This document shows, in pieces, positions 1-11,631 of a stretch of 64,000 nt of DNA. This stretch comes from Selaginella moellendorffii. Taxonomy: Eukaryota > Plantae > Lycopodiophyta. The position numbers and the translations under genes were made by a program. The DNA is taken from assembly GCF_000143415.4 (NCBI RefSeq), contig NW_003314294.1, positions 1,044,416-1,108,415 of the forward strand. The letters are read 5' to 3'. Under the pieces are notes generated by a model. It made no database searches, was not told the origin of the DNA, and saw only the letters and a list, made by a program, of their open reading frames with translations. Every line of letters begins with the position of its first letter. The stretch's first letter is position 1.

Positions 1-82
1 TTTTAGGAGCATTTATTACATTTTTTTAATTTGTTTTTTCATAATTCGAAGCCTCGTAGAGTCTTAGGTATTGAGTGTGACA

Positions 83-216
83 GGAAAAAACAAATAAAAA
101 CAATGTAATAAATACTCCTAAAAAAATTGAAACATTTAGCACATGTATCGACATTTAATTTTAAAAAAGTTCTCATACATACCCACGTTGTGTGTGATGA
201 TAAGGTTTGTGCAAAT
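83..216. repeat. Left arm of an imperfect AT-rich inverted repeat that brackets the 734-1415 gene
   Basis: Reverse complement matches 1570-1740 (e.g. TGTAATAAATACTCCTAAAAAAATTGAAACATTTAG vs CTAAATGTTTCAATTTTTTTAGGAGTATTTATTACA). Bases 1-70 are also a direct copy of ~1701-1780. Confidence 0.8.
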
Positions 217-733
217 GCAAGTTAAAAGATGCAATCACCACACACCAAATAGACCATTTGCAAGGTTTTGGCTCCTGTACCTTGTGCTGGTACAATGTCA
301 GTATCAATAATCAAACAAGCTTGGGCGCCTTTTCATACCAAACTCTCAAGTTAAGCAGGCCGCTTCACTTGGCCGGCAAATAGTTTCTACAAGACAAAAG
401 CCATACTGTTTGAATAGCGGTGCATGTGCATTGATGAACCAAGACTGATTCACAATTCTGGAGTGTAATTTGGCCTGCAAATAGTTGCTGAGCTGCATCA
501 CTTGTTGGATTTAAATTTGATCTAAATAATACATTGCATGTGCATTTTATTCTGCTGTGTTATACATAGAGGCTCGCATCCACATCTTGCCCACGATGCA
601 AGTTACGCGCTTAATTGTTGTTACATTTCATTCCTGGAGTTTCCACGTTCGTTTGGCCCCTTAAGTATCAGGATGAGGATTCCTCGAGCAACATTGCCAG
701 CATTACCTGCCTGCTGGGGTGCAAAATTTTGCA

Positions 734-1415
734 ATGGGCTCCTACATTTCCATCTACAACAACACTCCCGACCCTTACCTTGTGAAGGTAGGCCCTGATA
801 CTGCAGCCATTGGTATTGCCACCACTGTTGTCACTGTATTTGCGGCCGTTGCCACTGTCGTTGCAACCGCTGGAGCCGCTGCACCATTCAGCGCGGCTCT
901 GGTTGCTAATGGAGTCATCGATGTGTTCTTTGTTTCTACTGAGGCCTTGGCGGCCTTCACAGCTGCTGCTGCAAGCATCTCAGGTATATCAATTGCATCC
1001 ACCGCAACAGGTTGGGCAGCCAGCACCGTGCTCTTCATTACTCAAAAGCTTCAGTCCGAAGGGGGTTTTGTAGAAATCTTACCTGGTACGTATATTCTGT
1101 CAGCCTCATCCACTTATATCGATCCTCTTGATCAATGTCGGAATGTCCATACGCATGCTTGCTGCAGGCGAGAGGAAAACATTTGGAAAGTACAGCCTCT
1201 CATTGTGGAGGCAAGCTCAGTGCGTCAGAGTTCGACCCCACCCGGCCAACAGTGAGGAGGTCATAATGGATACCTTGTACATGAGACCAATCTTCAGCGG
1301 ACCAACAGATGAATCGACCAATGAGCACGGCTTGCAGTACTGGATTGGCAAATGGGGCCATGAAGATGTGCATACTATACGCCTCAGCAAGCAGACCGGA
1401 CGCGCAATTGGTTAG
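734..1415 (+). CDS. Unknown 199-aa protein with a long Ala/Thr/Val/Gly-rich hydrophobic core; exons 734-1085 and 1168-1415
   Basis: ATG at 734. A GT..AG intron (1086-1167) joins ORF 719 (MGSYISIYNNTPDPYLVKVGPD...EILPG) in frame to ORF 1128 (ERKTFGKYSLSLWRQ...RAIG*). The second copy at 22082-22755 has the same structure. Confidence 0.75.
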
Positions 1416-1569
1416 CAAGAGTCCACGGATTGCATACATATAATAAGATTCTGCTTTGTGGTTTAAAATAAGAAACAAGTTAATGCATTGTCTTTCATTT
1501 TCTATTTCTTATTGTATTTGTCAACACTGTTGTCAATAGTCGGGGGTCTATAGTGCAAATAAATAGTCT

Positions 1570-1740
1570 ATTTGCAGAAGCCTTATCATCACACAAAACG
1601 TGGGTATTGTACAAGAACTTTTTTAAAATTAAATGTGCATAATAATGAAGCAAATGTATATATATATATATATGTTAGCATGTACTAAATGTTTCAATTT
1701 TTTTAGGAGTATTTATTACATTTTTTTATTTGTTTTTTCC
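1570..1740. repeat. Right arm of the inverted repeat (pairs with 83-216)
   Basis: Reverse-complement similarity seen directly; a related copy lies at ~28033-28180. Confidence 0.8.
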
Positions 1741-2099
1741 TAATTACTAACACTGGGAGCCTTGTAGTGTCTCAGGTATCTACAATGCATTTCCTTGTAA
1801 GCCGGTTCTGATCTGGATGAATTTATTTAAAACATCTCAAGTTAAATGATACAACGGGGCACATAACTGGGATAGGTGAATGAGGCCAGGTGCAAAGGAT
1901 CTGAGGGATAATGTTTGGGCCAAGAGTTACACCTTTAGTCACTAAATTTCACTAATATAACAATCTACTAGAAAGTTGACAATTTAAGCATGACAAGGAA
2001 GTCATATTAATGAATGTCAAAGTCATGTGGAGCAGGTTAGATATAGCTCTCTAGTGTGAAACTGTTGACCCGATCCATGCTGATTCCTAAAACACAAAC

Positions 2100-3950
2100 T
2101 GAAACATTATAAATGTAGGTATATTTGGTGTTGATGTCAAGAAGTTTGAATGCATCTTTATCAATCATCACCATTGAATAGAGCTCCAAGAATCTAAATT
2201 TTCAACTTGAATCCATGGTTGCTTTGTTATCACACTCAATGAGAGCATCTATTTGTTAATCTAAACTAGAACTCTACCTTTGTTGTAGAAGCAGTTTCAT
2301 ACTTCAGTTTACTATTAAAAATGAATTACAAATACTGCAGGTTTAAAATCCTGCTACCACAAAATTCACTGTTATGAAGATATGAACACTTGCTTCAAAT
2401 TCTCCTTGTCACATAACTTTTTCCAAGTTGAAGGCCTGGATTTTACAGAGAGGAGTAAATTTCTGCTTGAAGATCCATTTGGTGGAGACCACTCTTCTAT
2501 CTTCTAGCAAATCTGCCAAACTCCAAGCATTGTTCTTCATAAGGGTATAATACTCTTCTTTCATTGCTCAGCACCATTGGGTAGCCTCCCGACTATACAT
2601 TGCTTCAGGAATTGTGAGAGGTTCTGGAGTCATCCATCGCTCAACTCCTGCAAAGTAGAAATCAGCTACACTGTTGGCAGGCATTCTTCCTCAAAGTTGA
2701 GGTGCTGGCAGACTCCAAAGCCAGATAACTTATGTGCCCAGATTTGGTTGAGTGAGAATGAGAAGGAGAGGAGTGAGAAGGTTCAGGAACCAAAGTGGAG
2801 GCTAGAGGAGAAGGAGGAGGATCCGTTGAAGACATTGTTCAGTACCACTGGTGAATCTGGAATAGGATCTGGTACTAGAGGCAATGGTAAACCTGGAGCT
2901 TGATTCACTTGAGTGTTTTCTGGAATAGAGAGAGGCTCCCCGTCAAGTAGCAGCAGCCAAGATGAGTTAGTAGAGGAATCACAAGAGATGATACCTCTAG
3001 AATGTGAAGTGAGAAGATGCTTGTACAACTTTTGCTCATCAAACAAACCATCTATGTTGTGCTTGATGGTGTGGGATTCCCAATAGGCTTTCATTTGCTC
3101 ACTGTAGCCAATGAGAACACAACAAGAGCTCTTGGGGTCCAATTTCTGTCACAGATCGTCAGGAACATGGGTGATGGAGATGGCTCGCTGCATGCTGGCA
3201 TGCCTCGATCTTTCTGATGCAAAGCAGTAGCCTATATACCTTACGAGCTGTGGATTGGGAAGAAACCTAGCATTGCTCACTTGCGCATCTTTGGTTGCGC
3301 TGCCTATGAGGTCCTATTTATACGCTTTGCAACTCCATTCTGTTGCGGGGTGTACCTGAAACAAAACTAGCACTGGATCCCTTCCCGTTCATAATAACAA
3401 AAGAATTCATTAGACAAGTACTTGCCACCACTGTCGTAGTGAAGAACTTGAAGCCATAAACCTATTGCCACCTCAACCTTTGCTTTGAAAAGCTAGAACA
3501 GCTGCATGACTTCAGATTTATGACGCATCAGCTTCACTACCACATTCCTTGTATATATGTTTCTGTGTGAAGGTGCATGGGTACACAATCATCCAAATGA
3601 ACCAGTGCTAACGCCTGTGTACAACAAATCTTGAGAAAGATTGCCGAGAAAGAACCACTTCTGGTTAACTCTTGAGCAAGCTCCTTGATTGATGCCATAG
3701 TTGAAGAGAAACAGCCTCCTTGGCTACTAAAGTGGCACTTGTTGGGATCACTGTGACGTTTAGCTTATATAGCCCACCACATCTACTGCCACTGGCAACC
3801 TCCTCCTATTGCTGGTCCAGTAACTAACAGCTGCTGCGACTGAAGATCACCCGATAGCCCTTGTCTATGATATCACTGGCAGACAACAGAATTTGGCTTG
3901 TTATTGGCACAAATACCTTCAGAGCTCTCTTGTAGGTAGTTGAACGATTA
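2100..3950 (-). mobile_element. Degenerate Ty1/copia remnant (integrase/RT fragments), duplicated at ~29700-31420
   Basis: Fragments 'MDPKSSCCVLIGYSEQMKAY', 'RRVVSTKWIFK' and QQNGVA-type integrase sequence, with many stops; near-identical to ~29700-31420. Confidence 0.8.
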
Positions 3951-3959
3951 GGGAACCTC

Positions 3960-6900
3960 GGGCAGCCGGATGGACATAACACTGATGAGTCGACTCATGA
4001 CCACGTGGACATGCCACGTCAGCTGATCGAGACTGACATCTCGACACTCCCACTCTGGCTCGATCAGCTGAGAGGATGGACTACCCCTCCCACTCAGCCG
4101 AAACAGATGGAGAGCAGACTCGCAGTGCAGTGCGATGGCGTTCAAAGGAATCTCGAGCCAAAGCCTTCGTGAGTATATCAGCCACCATTGCCTCCATTTT
4201 GGACTTGTTCCCCGATGTGTTTCGTCCGAGAATGGAAGCGAGGATTGGCGGCCAGTGCAAGAGCACTTTGGTTGTCCGGGAACATGGAATCCGGGGCAGG
4301 TCACGGCAGAACGGTCAACCGAATCGCTTCTTTGCTGGCAGCGGTTAGGACAATGTACTCTGCCTCTGTCGAGAACAGAGCCACCAGCGGCTGGCGCATA
4401 CTGCTCCAGGACACAGCAGCCCCATGGAGCAAGAAGGGAGAGCGCCTTGAGTCCTGGTCGCCCGCCCAGTCCGCATCCGAGTACCCATGAAGTTCCTGTG
4501 ACACAGCAGCGCCATAGTGAAGCTGCAAATGCAAGGTACCTCGAACGTAGTGGAAAATCCGCTTCACAGCTTGCCAATGTGTAGGTCCGGGGTTCTCGAG
4601 GAACTGGGAGACCATCCCAACAGCATAGGCGAGATCTGGTCGCGTCCCCAGCATCAAATAAACGAGACTCCCCACAGCTTGACGATAAGGCACCGTGGCC
4701 ATGTACTCTCGTTCTTCCTCTGTGACAGGGGCCATGTCACGGCTGAGTTTGTGATTGACGTCAAGAGGTGTGGCCACGGGAGAACAGTCCAGCATATTGA
4801 AGCGTTCGAAGATCTCCCTTGCATAGTGAGCTTGTGTCAAGCTCAAAGTGCGTGCTCCTCGATTGCGTATAATTTGGATGCCAAGGAAATGGCGAAGCTC
4901 GCCCAGGTCAGACATCTCAAATTCTTCACTCATCTTCTTTTTCATCTCGTCCAGCAGGTGGCGGGTTTTTGCACCGAGAATGCAGTCATCAACGTACACA
5001 GCAACCAGGAGAAAATCGTCACCACACTTGTACAGGTACACGTTTCCTTCCACTGCAAGAGGAACACACCCCAGGCTCTTGAGAAACGCATCAATGCGTT
5101 CAAACCAAACCCTCGGGGATTGTTTAAGCCCATACAGGGTGCGATTCAGCTTGCAAACAAGATGTTTCTCACCAGGTTTGACGAATCCAGGTGGTTGCGT
5201 GATGTAGACCTCGTTCAACTTGCCGTGCAGGAAAGCAGTGCGAACGTCCAACTGGTGCAGTTCCAAGTCGTACTTGGCAGCCAGTGCAAGGATCACTCGC
5301 ACAGAGGTCAACTTCAACCTGGCCTTGAACTTTGCTACAGTTCCATCAGGTTTGTACTTGACTGTGTAAATCCATTTCGAGCTCACAAGGTGAGCACCTT
5401 CAGGTAAGGTCTTTGTCATTGTATTGTGTCACTCATGCGGATGCATTTCAGCATTCATGGCTTCTCGCCACTGGGCAGCATGAGGTCCAGCTAATGCCTC
5501 GTCAACATTCGCTGGAATGGGGATTTGCCCTGGATTAGCAGCCATGAAGTTAGCCTGGTGCGTTCCTTTCTTTTTAATTTTTCCAAAACTAAAGAAGGGA
5601 CGAGATTGCTCAGCTTTCAGTTGCAGCCTCGATGGTACTGGAACTCTAGCAGAGCGCTGAGGTTCAGGACGTGCTGGAGGGTGGATCACTGGTGGTGGAA
5701 CAAGTGGAGAATCTGGGAGAGCTCCCACTGAAGTTGGCGACTGCTTCCAGCTCCCACTGAAGGTGATGATCCACGTCCAGCTCCCACTGAAGATGAGCTG
5801 AGGAAGAACTCAGGAGCAGCTTGAAATTCCTCGTCGCCCTCGAAGTAAGTGTTCATCAGCTTTTCAGAGGTTCTCACTGGAGGAGCTTCTGGCAGAGGCA
5901 TAGCTGGAGGGCGTGGTGGCAGTGTTGGAGGAACCACCACGTTACCACCAGCAGAAGCAAGAGGCAGCAACGGGACTTGAGAAAGAGCTGTAGTCACGTG
6001 AACTGTGTCTACCAGCTGGAGTTCCACGAAAGTAGGAGCAGGAACTTCAGCTCGATCCTTGTACAGCTTGCTCTCATCAAAGAGCACATCCCGTCTTTCC
6101 AGCAAAGTCTTGCGCTTGAGAGAATAAAGGCGATATCCTTCCATGCCTTCCAAATATCCCAGGAAAATGGACGGCTCAGCCTTTGACTCCAGCTTCTGGC
6201 GTTGCTTGTGTGGAAAGTGTGCGTAGGCAAAACAGCCAGAAATGCGGAGACGATCGTAACCAGGTGCGTGACCAGTCCAAAGCTCATTAAGGAGTGGTCT
6301 TCCCAGGCAGGTGACGTGTTGGCAACCGGTTTCGAACATAAACAGCCATGTTAACTGCCTCACCCCAGAAAGCAGCTGCCATTCCCGCATGAATCTATAA
6401 TGGTGCGATTCACCCTCTCGGCAGCACCATTCTGGGCATGTGCATCAGGGATAGCAAACTGGTGCTGGATCCCAGCTTCTGCACAAAACGTCTCGAATTC
6501 TCCAGAGACGAATTCTCCTCCACAATCGCAATGATTGCAGCGGAGCACATGAGCTAAACAGCCGTGTAGATTTTTTACCAAAGCCTTGTATTGGGAGAAG
6601 CAGGAGAACACCTCTGACTTGTGAGCCAGCAGGTACACGATCAGGTACCGCGTGTAATCATCCAGGAAGGTGACTACATAACGTTTGCCTCCCAAAGATT
6701 CAACCATAATCGAACAAACGTCCGAGTGTACCAACTCAAGAACGAGAATGAAAAATCTGTGGAAAAGGAAAAACGTGGTGTTTTCCACAAACACAAGCTT
6801 TGCAGATGGGCAGCGTGCTCCCAGGCTCTCCCAGGCACTAGTCAATTCATTAGCCCTCAAATCCGTCCCACGCACACAGCAATGGTTTCACCCGTTTCCA
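3960..6900 (-). mobile_element. Degenerate Ty1/copia pol (integrase-RT-RNaseH) with PPT
   Basis: ORF 6360-6875 (LELVHSDVC, FLDDYTRY, QNGAAERVNRT), ORF 5686-6390, ORF 4301-5419 (QLDVRTAFLHG, LYGLKQSPR, VYVDD, GYSDADWAG); PPT TGAGTGGGAGGGG on the - strand at ~4084-4096. Confidence 0.9.
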
Positions 6901-7599
6901 TGTGAAGCGCCAAGAATTGTTGATTCAGCAACATGGAAGAATTTGTGGCTTGGGCCACGAAGATCATGCGAAGCGACGTCCCGATTTCAGCAGCGGTGAG
7001 ATCAATCAGCGGCAAGAATTCATCGCTCAATCCTGAAGAGGTGTGGATACTTCTCTTCGCTGGAAATCTATTGTTAGTAAGAAAACAAAAGAGAAAAGGG
7101 CTCAATCTCCAAGGGCTGAGAAAAAGAATGATGCTATGTATTGATAAAAAAAATAATGAATGGAGATAAGGATTCACAATTTGGATTCCCCCCTTTGAAA
7201 GGCTGTTGTGAAGAGCCTGCCAGCATATGCTATATGCTGTGCATGATCTAATCTATGGCTTCGATGCAGCCTTAGGTTCAAGGTCGGAGTCCCCTAAGCT
7301 TGGGTTTTTGGTTGATACACTCTGCTCCCCTGACAGAATTAGACACTATCCTCAGTTAGTCTCCATTGCTTAATCCAACGATAGCTTGGGACTTAGAGAT
7401 TTTTGCTACTGTTTGTTGCTGAAGTTGGTGGAAGAGTTCGTGTTGAGTCAAGCTAAGTTGTGTCAAACTGAGTTGAGTTAAAGTTTGTCTGCCGGGGTGA
7501 TTGTCAATTGTTGGTTTCGGGGTGTTTGTCGGTTTGGGTTGGAAATTTGCTGAGGTGCTGATGCTGACCATGTCAATGTGATATGGTCAAAGCTTGTTG

Positions 7600-9455
7600 A
7601 GGTTGACGATCTCAGTGAAGTCTTCAGCAAGTGTGCTGACTTTGGCAGTGCTATGGGTAGAGTGTAATGATTTTGAAAGGTCCTTGCTAGTTGGTGTCGA
7701 GTTTTCAGCCCAGTTTGCTGATGGGTCCTCGGTACCAGAGAACATGATCATCGACACTGTATTTTGGAATGTTGTGCCGGGATGCTTGTCAGTCGTGCTG
7801 AGCTTTACTCTGTTTTTGGATGGTGTGAAGTGTCCAGAGGGTGTTGAGTCGAAGTTTGTCGAGACGTTCGAGTTGCTGAAGCCTTTCTCAAATTGCGTGT
7901 CATGTGTCGAGATTATACTTGATGATGACTCGCATGCTCAGGACGATGAATTCGATTGGCATGATGGCTTCTGTTCTGAAGGCGAGTTTGAATGGCATCA
8001 TGTCAGTAGTGACTTTATACGCAGTTCGATAGGCCTAGAGTACGTTAAGAAGTTTGTCGTCCCAGTCTTTGCCAGAATCGTTGATGACATTTTTGAGGAT
8101 GGTCTTCAGTGTTTTGTTCATTGCTTCTACTTGACCGTTGCCTTGAGGATAGTATGGTGTCGAGTTTTGTGTTGGATTTTGAACTCGGTGGCAAGATGTT
8201 GGATTGTTTCGTTGATGAAGTGGGTGCCTTTGTCGGTGATGAGTTCAAGTGGTGTGCCAAACCGAGTGATGATATTTTTGTAGATGAAGGTTGCTGTTGC
8301 TTTCGCTGTGGCATGTCAAAGAGGTATTGCTTCAGCCCACTTGGTAGCGTAATCTGTGGCGACAACAATGTACTGATTTCATCGATGGGTGCTGACTTGG
8401 GGTCTGACGAAGTCGAGTCCCCATTTTTGAAATGGTGCCATCGGGAATGTTGGGTTGAGTTGTTGAGTCTGAGTTTTCGGCAGTAACCAGTGTTGTTGAC
8501 ATGTGTCACAGCGTTTGCAGAATTCTTCAGTGTCGTGACAGAGTGTCGGCCACTAGAGGCCAGCTTGAAGAATCTTCTAAGTTGTGGTGTCGGCAGCAAA
8601 GTATCCACCGGAAGGTCCATCCTAAGCTTCCTTGATGATTTGAGTTGTGCTTGGCGGCTTGATGCATCAGCGAAGAATGTTGTCAATGCCAAGTTTATAG
8701 AGAGTGCCTCCGATGATTGAGTATCGGCGGGTTTTAGCGACAAAAGTCTTCTTTTGGTTAGACGTGGTGTCCTGCTCTGGAACTTTTGCTGAGTTCAGGT
8801 AATTGAAGACACTGTCAAGCCAGGTTGCCGGTATGGAAACTCGGAATAGGTTTGAGTCAGGTAAGTCGTCAGTGAGTCTTTCGGGTTTGTCGCCAGTGGT
8901 GATCCGGCTGAGATAGTCTGCTTGCTCATGATTTTTGCTGGGTTTGTGGACAATCTCAAAGTTGTATTCTTGTAGTAAAAGGAACCATCTTGATATTCAA
9001 CCAGATAGTATCGGCTTGTTGATGAGGTAAAGGAGTGCCTTGTGGTCGATGAAAAGGACAACTTTGGTTGACAGTATGTAGTGTCAAAACTTCTAAAGTG
9101 AGTAGATCATGCTGAGAGCTTCTTTCTTGGTGGTGGTGTAATTTCGTTCAGCTGGGTTGAGTAGTTGGCTGGCGTAGTAGATCGGTTAATCTCGGTTGTC
9201 GTGTTGAGTTTGGCTGAGAATTGCACCAGTGGTGACGTCGGAAGTGTCAACATGAATGTGGAACTCTTGTGTCCAATCGGGCTTGGCAAGGATTGGTGCT
9301 GTTGTGAGTTTGAGTCGGAGAGTGTCAAATGCTTGTTGCTATTCAGACGTCCATGTCTATTGGGCATCTTGCTTCAGTCTGTCAGTGAGTGGTTTGGCAA
9401 TGTGAGTGTACTTGTGGATGAAGCGTTGGTGATATCCGAGAGGATGACATCTTGA
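7600..9455 (-). mobile_element. Degenerate Ty3/gypsy pol remnant (RT connection, RNaseH, integrase)
   Basis: Frameshifted - strand segments such as RFIHKYTHIAKPLT, AFDTLRLKLTTAP, PFQKWGLDFV and DQGTHF. Confidence 0.75.
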
Positions 9456-9459
9456 GTTT

Positions 9460-11244
9460 GCCCATTGAAGTGTTGGAAAAGGTTATAGCATTAATTTGCT
9501 ATAGTTTGTTGGTTTATTCATTAACGCTTGGAGTAAATTGTTGGATGGAGAAAGTGTGTAGTTAAGGCATTAACATCGCTAGCATTTGTGTTAGTGGAAT
9601 TAGCATTATTATTTCAAGTGATGAAGAATTTGCTTAAAACTTGATTTTCTATATTGTTAGTGTTTTAGGCTTCACATTAGATCTTGAAGGTGATTGAAGA
9701 AGAATGTTAGTGCAATGTGGATATCCGAAGATATAGTTTTCGTGATTAAGTTTTAGATGTTCATTTTGCATTTTGCGGATGTCAGTGTTGGATATCAAAA
9801 TATAGGCATGATGTTCAATGCTTAGACATACTGTGGTTCATTTGTTAGAAGTTGTTGAGGAAAGCATTTTGGCTCATAGCTTTGATGTTGAAGTTAGTAT
9901 TTGCATCTTGCAATCATTGGTGATGATTGAATATCATTTAGGATAATTGATTATCCTTGTCAAAAAGTTTTGCTTGATTGTTGTTGATATAAAATGATTT
10001 GTTATTCTTCGGGATGGTGCATTCTTTTTCCAACAATAATTATACATTTCTCTATTGATAAAATGATTGATGATCTTTTATGGTGGTTAGTTGTTCTCTT
10101 TGATGGCTTATGGCTTCTCGCAATACCACATGTTCTTTATGGTTTGCTCTAAATTAGTCTCTTGGGTTTGAGACATTAGTAGGATATTGCTAACACTTGC
10201 TTGAGCAACTCTGGTTCCTTGGTATTGTTGACTGAAATCTATTTAAATTGACTAATGTGATAGTTGACATGAATGAGTGTTTGTTGGTCTTACTACATTC
10301 ATTTTGTTCTGTTGATTGTTGCTCAAGTTAGTTTTGATAGATTGAGATGTTATTTCCTTCAAATGACACATTCGTAAGCATCTTGCTTATTAATCAATAA
10401 TACTTTGTGTTCTTTGAGTTATCTTTGGTAAGTTGTTTGACATATTGTCTACCATCTTCAATAGTTAAATTTCATTATTGAGTTCCTTGATGATATATTT
10501 GCTATTGAATTTTGTTGGATGGTGATTCCTATGTTTACCAATTATGGTGTTCTTGGTGGTTCCTATACTATAATACTGGTTTATCGGATGATAACTTATT
10601 TGGAATACTTTTGTGTTCTAATCTAAGATTTAATCACTGATATTTCAGTCTCTAAGATATCATTGTTTCTGACTTTAATATTGGCCATCTATTGATCTTT
10701 AAGTTTGGGCCAGTATAAGCAAACTGGCTTCGGCACTTCGTATGCATAGTGAAATCTCTAGTCATGGGGTAGTTACTATTGATTGATCACATAACCTACC
10801 TCTCTGTCGATGTTCCTTATTCTGTTAAAAGGGCGTGACCGTGTAAACAACTCTAACTGTCTGTTTACAGTAGTCTATCTAAACCTTACCAATGGGTTTG
10901 GTTTTTTTGCTCATGAGGGTTGGGGCCTCTGGCTTCTTTCTCTATATCCCTACACATCCAGAGCAGCAAGGGTGGTTAACTCCGTTGGTCATTTCCTTGT
11001 CAGCGATGGCCAAAAGGTGTTTGAGTTGGTAGCACATCCGCGTTAAACAAAGAGGTTGCCTTCTAACTCATTTAAGTTGGTGCATTTCTCACATAGTGTG
11101 AATACCGTGAACTTTTTTTAGAGTTGTTTCCTTGGCGGTATTCTAGACTCGAGTATGCATTGACGAGGACGTCGATCTTCCCTAGAGGGGGAGAGTGTTG
11201 CAAATGTGATTTCGGGTATCGAAAGTTACCTATTGGCCAGTCCT
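9460..11244 (+). mobile_element. 3' internal region, PPT and LTR start of an LTR element family also present inverted at ~47350-48355 and 55936-56250
   Basis: PPT AGAGGGGGAGAG at ~11183-11194 followed by TGTTG; long reverse-complement similarity to the 47.4-48.3 kb and 55.9-56.2 kb segments. Confidence 0.7.
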
Positions 11245-11631
11245 TGTCAGGAATCCCCCAATTCTTGCCACATTCCTGACTCTTGCCAGATTCCTGACCT
11301 GCAGACCACATTCCTGATTCTCGGGACACTTCCCTATTCTTGACTCTCAAGACACTTCCCTATTCCTGACTCTCTGATTTCCTGTACGATTCCTGAGTCT
11401 CAAGCCACATTCCTAATATTGATGTGGCGCCTCCTCAACCTCAACTATATTTAAGCCGTCCTCGATCCAAGAGTGGTGAAGCTTCATCAACCTATAGTAT
11501 ATATAGGTTAGCCTTGTTCCATTTCTCCACAATCTGAATCAACGCCAGTCTAAAGCTTCTTCTTTGTTTCCACTAGCTTTTCTCTTTATCTTTTGCATTT
11601 TCCAGTCTTGATCTTGTTGGGGGTCTTGACA
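11245..11631 (+). repeat. 5' LTR (TGTCA...TGACA, 387 bp) of a Tf1/Tcn1-like gypsy element
   Basis: TG..CA inverted termini, TATATATA at 11498-11505, internal TTCCTGACTCTC-type repeats; the 3' part recurs at 14091-14301. Confidence 0.8.

Noticed and set aside
673-733. Upstream ATG (MRIPRATLPALPAC) as a signal peptide for the orphan protein
   Set aside because: Out of frame with the main ORF in both copies, with no evident intron to correct it.
4517-5407. 296-aa + strand ORF (and similar ORFs at 7594-8283 and 41371-42318)
   Set aside because: Antisense shadows of retroelement pol or PPR coding sequence.
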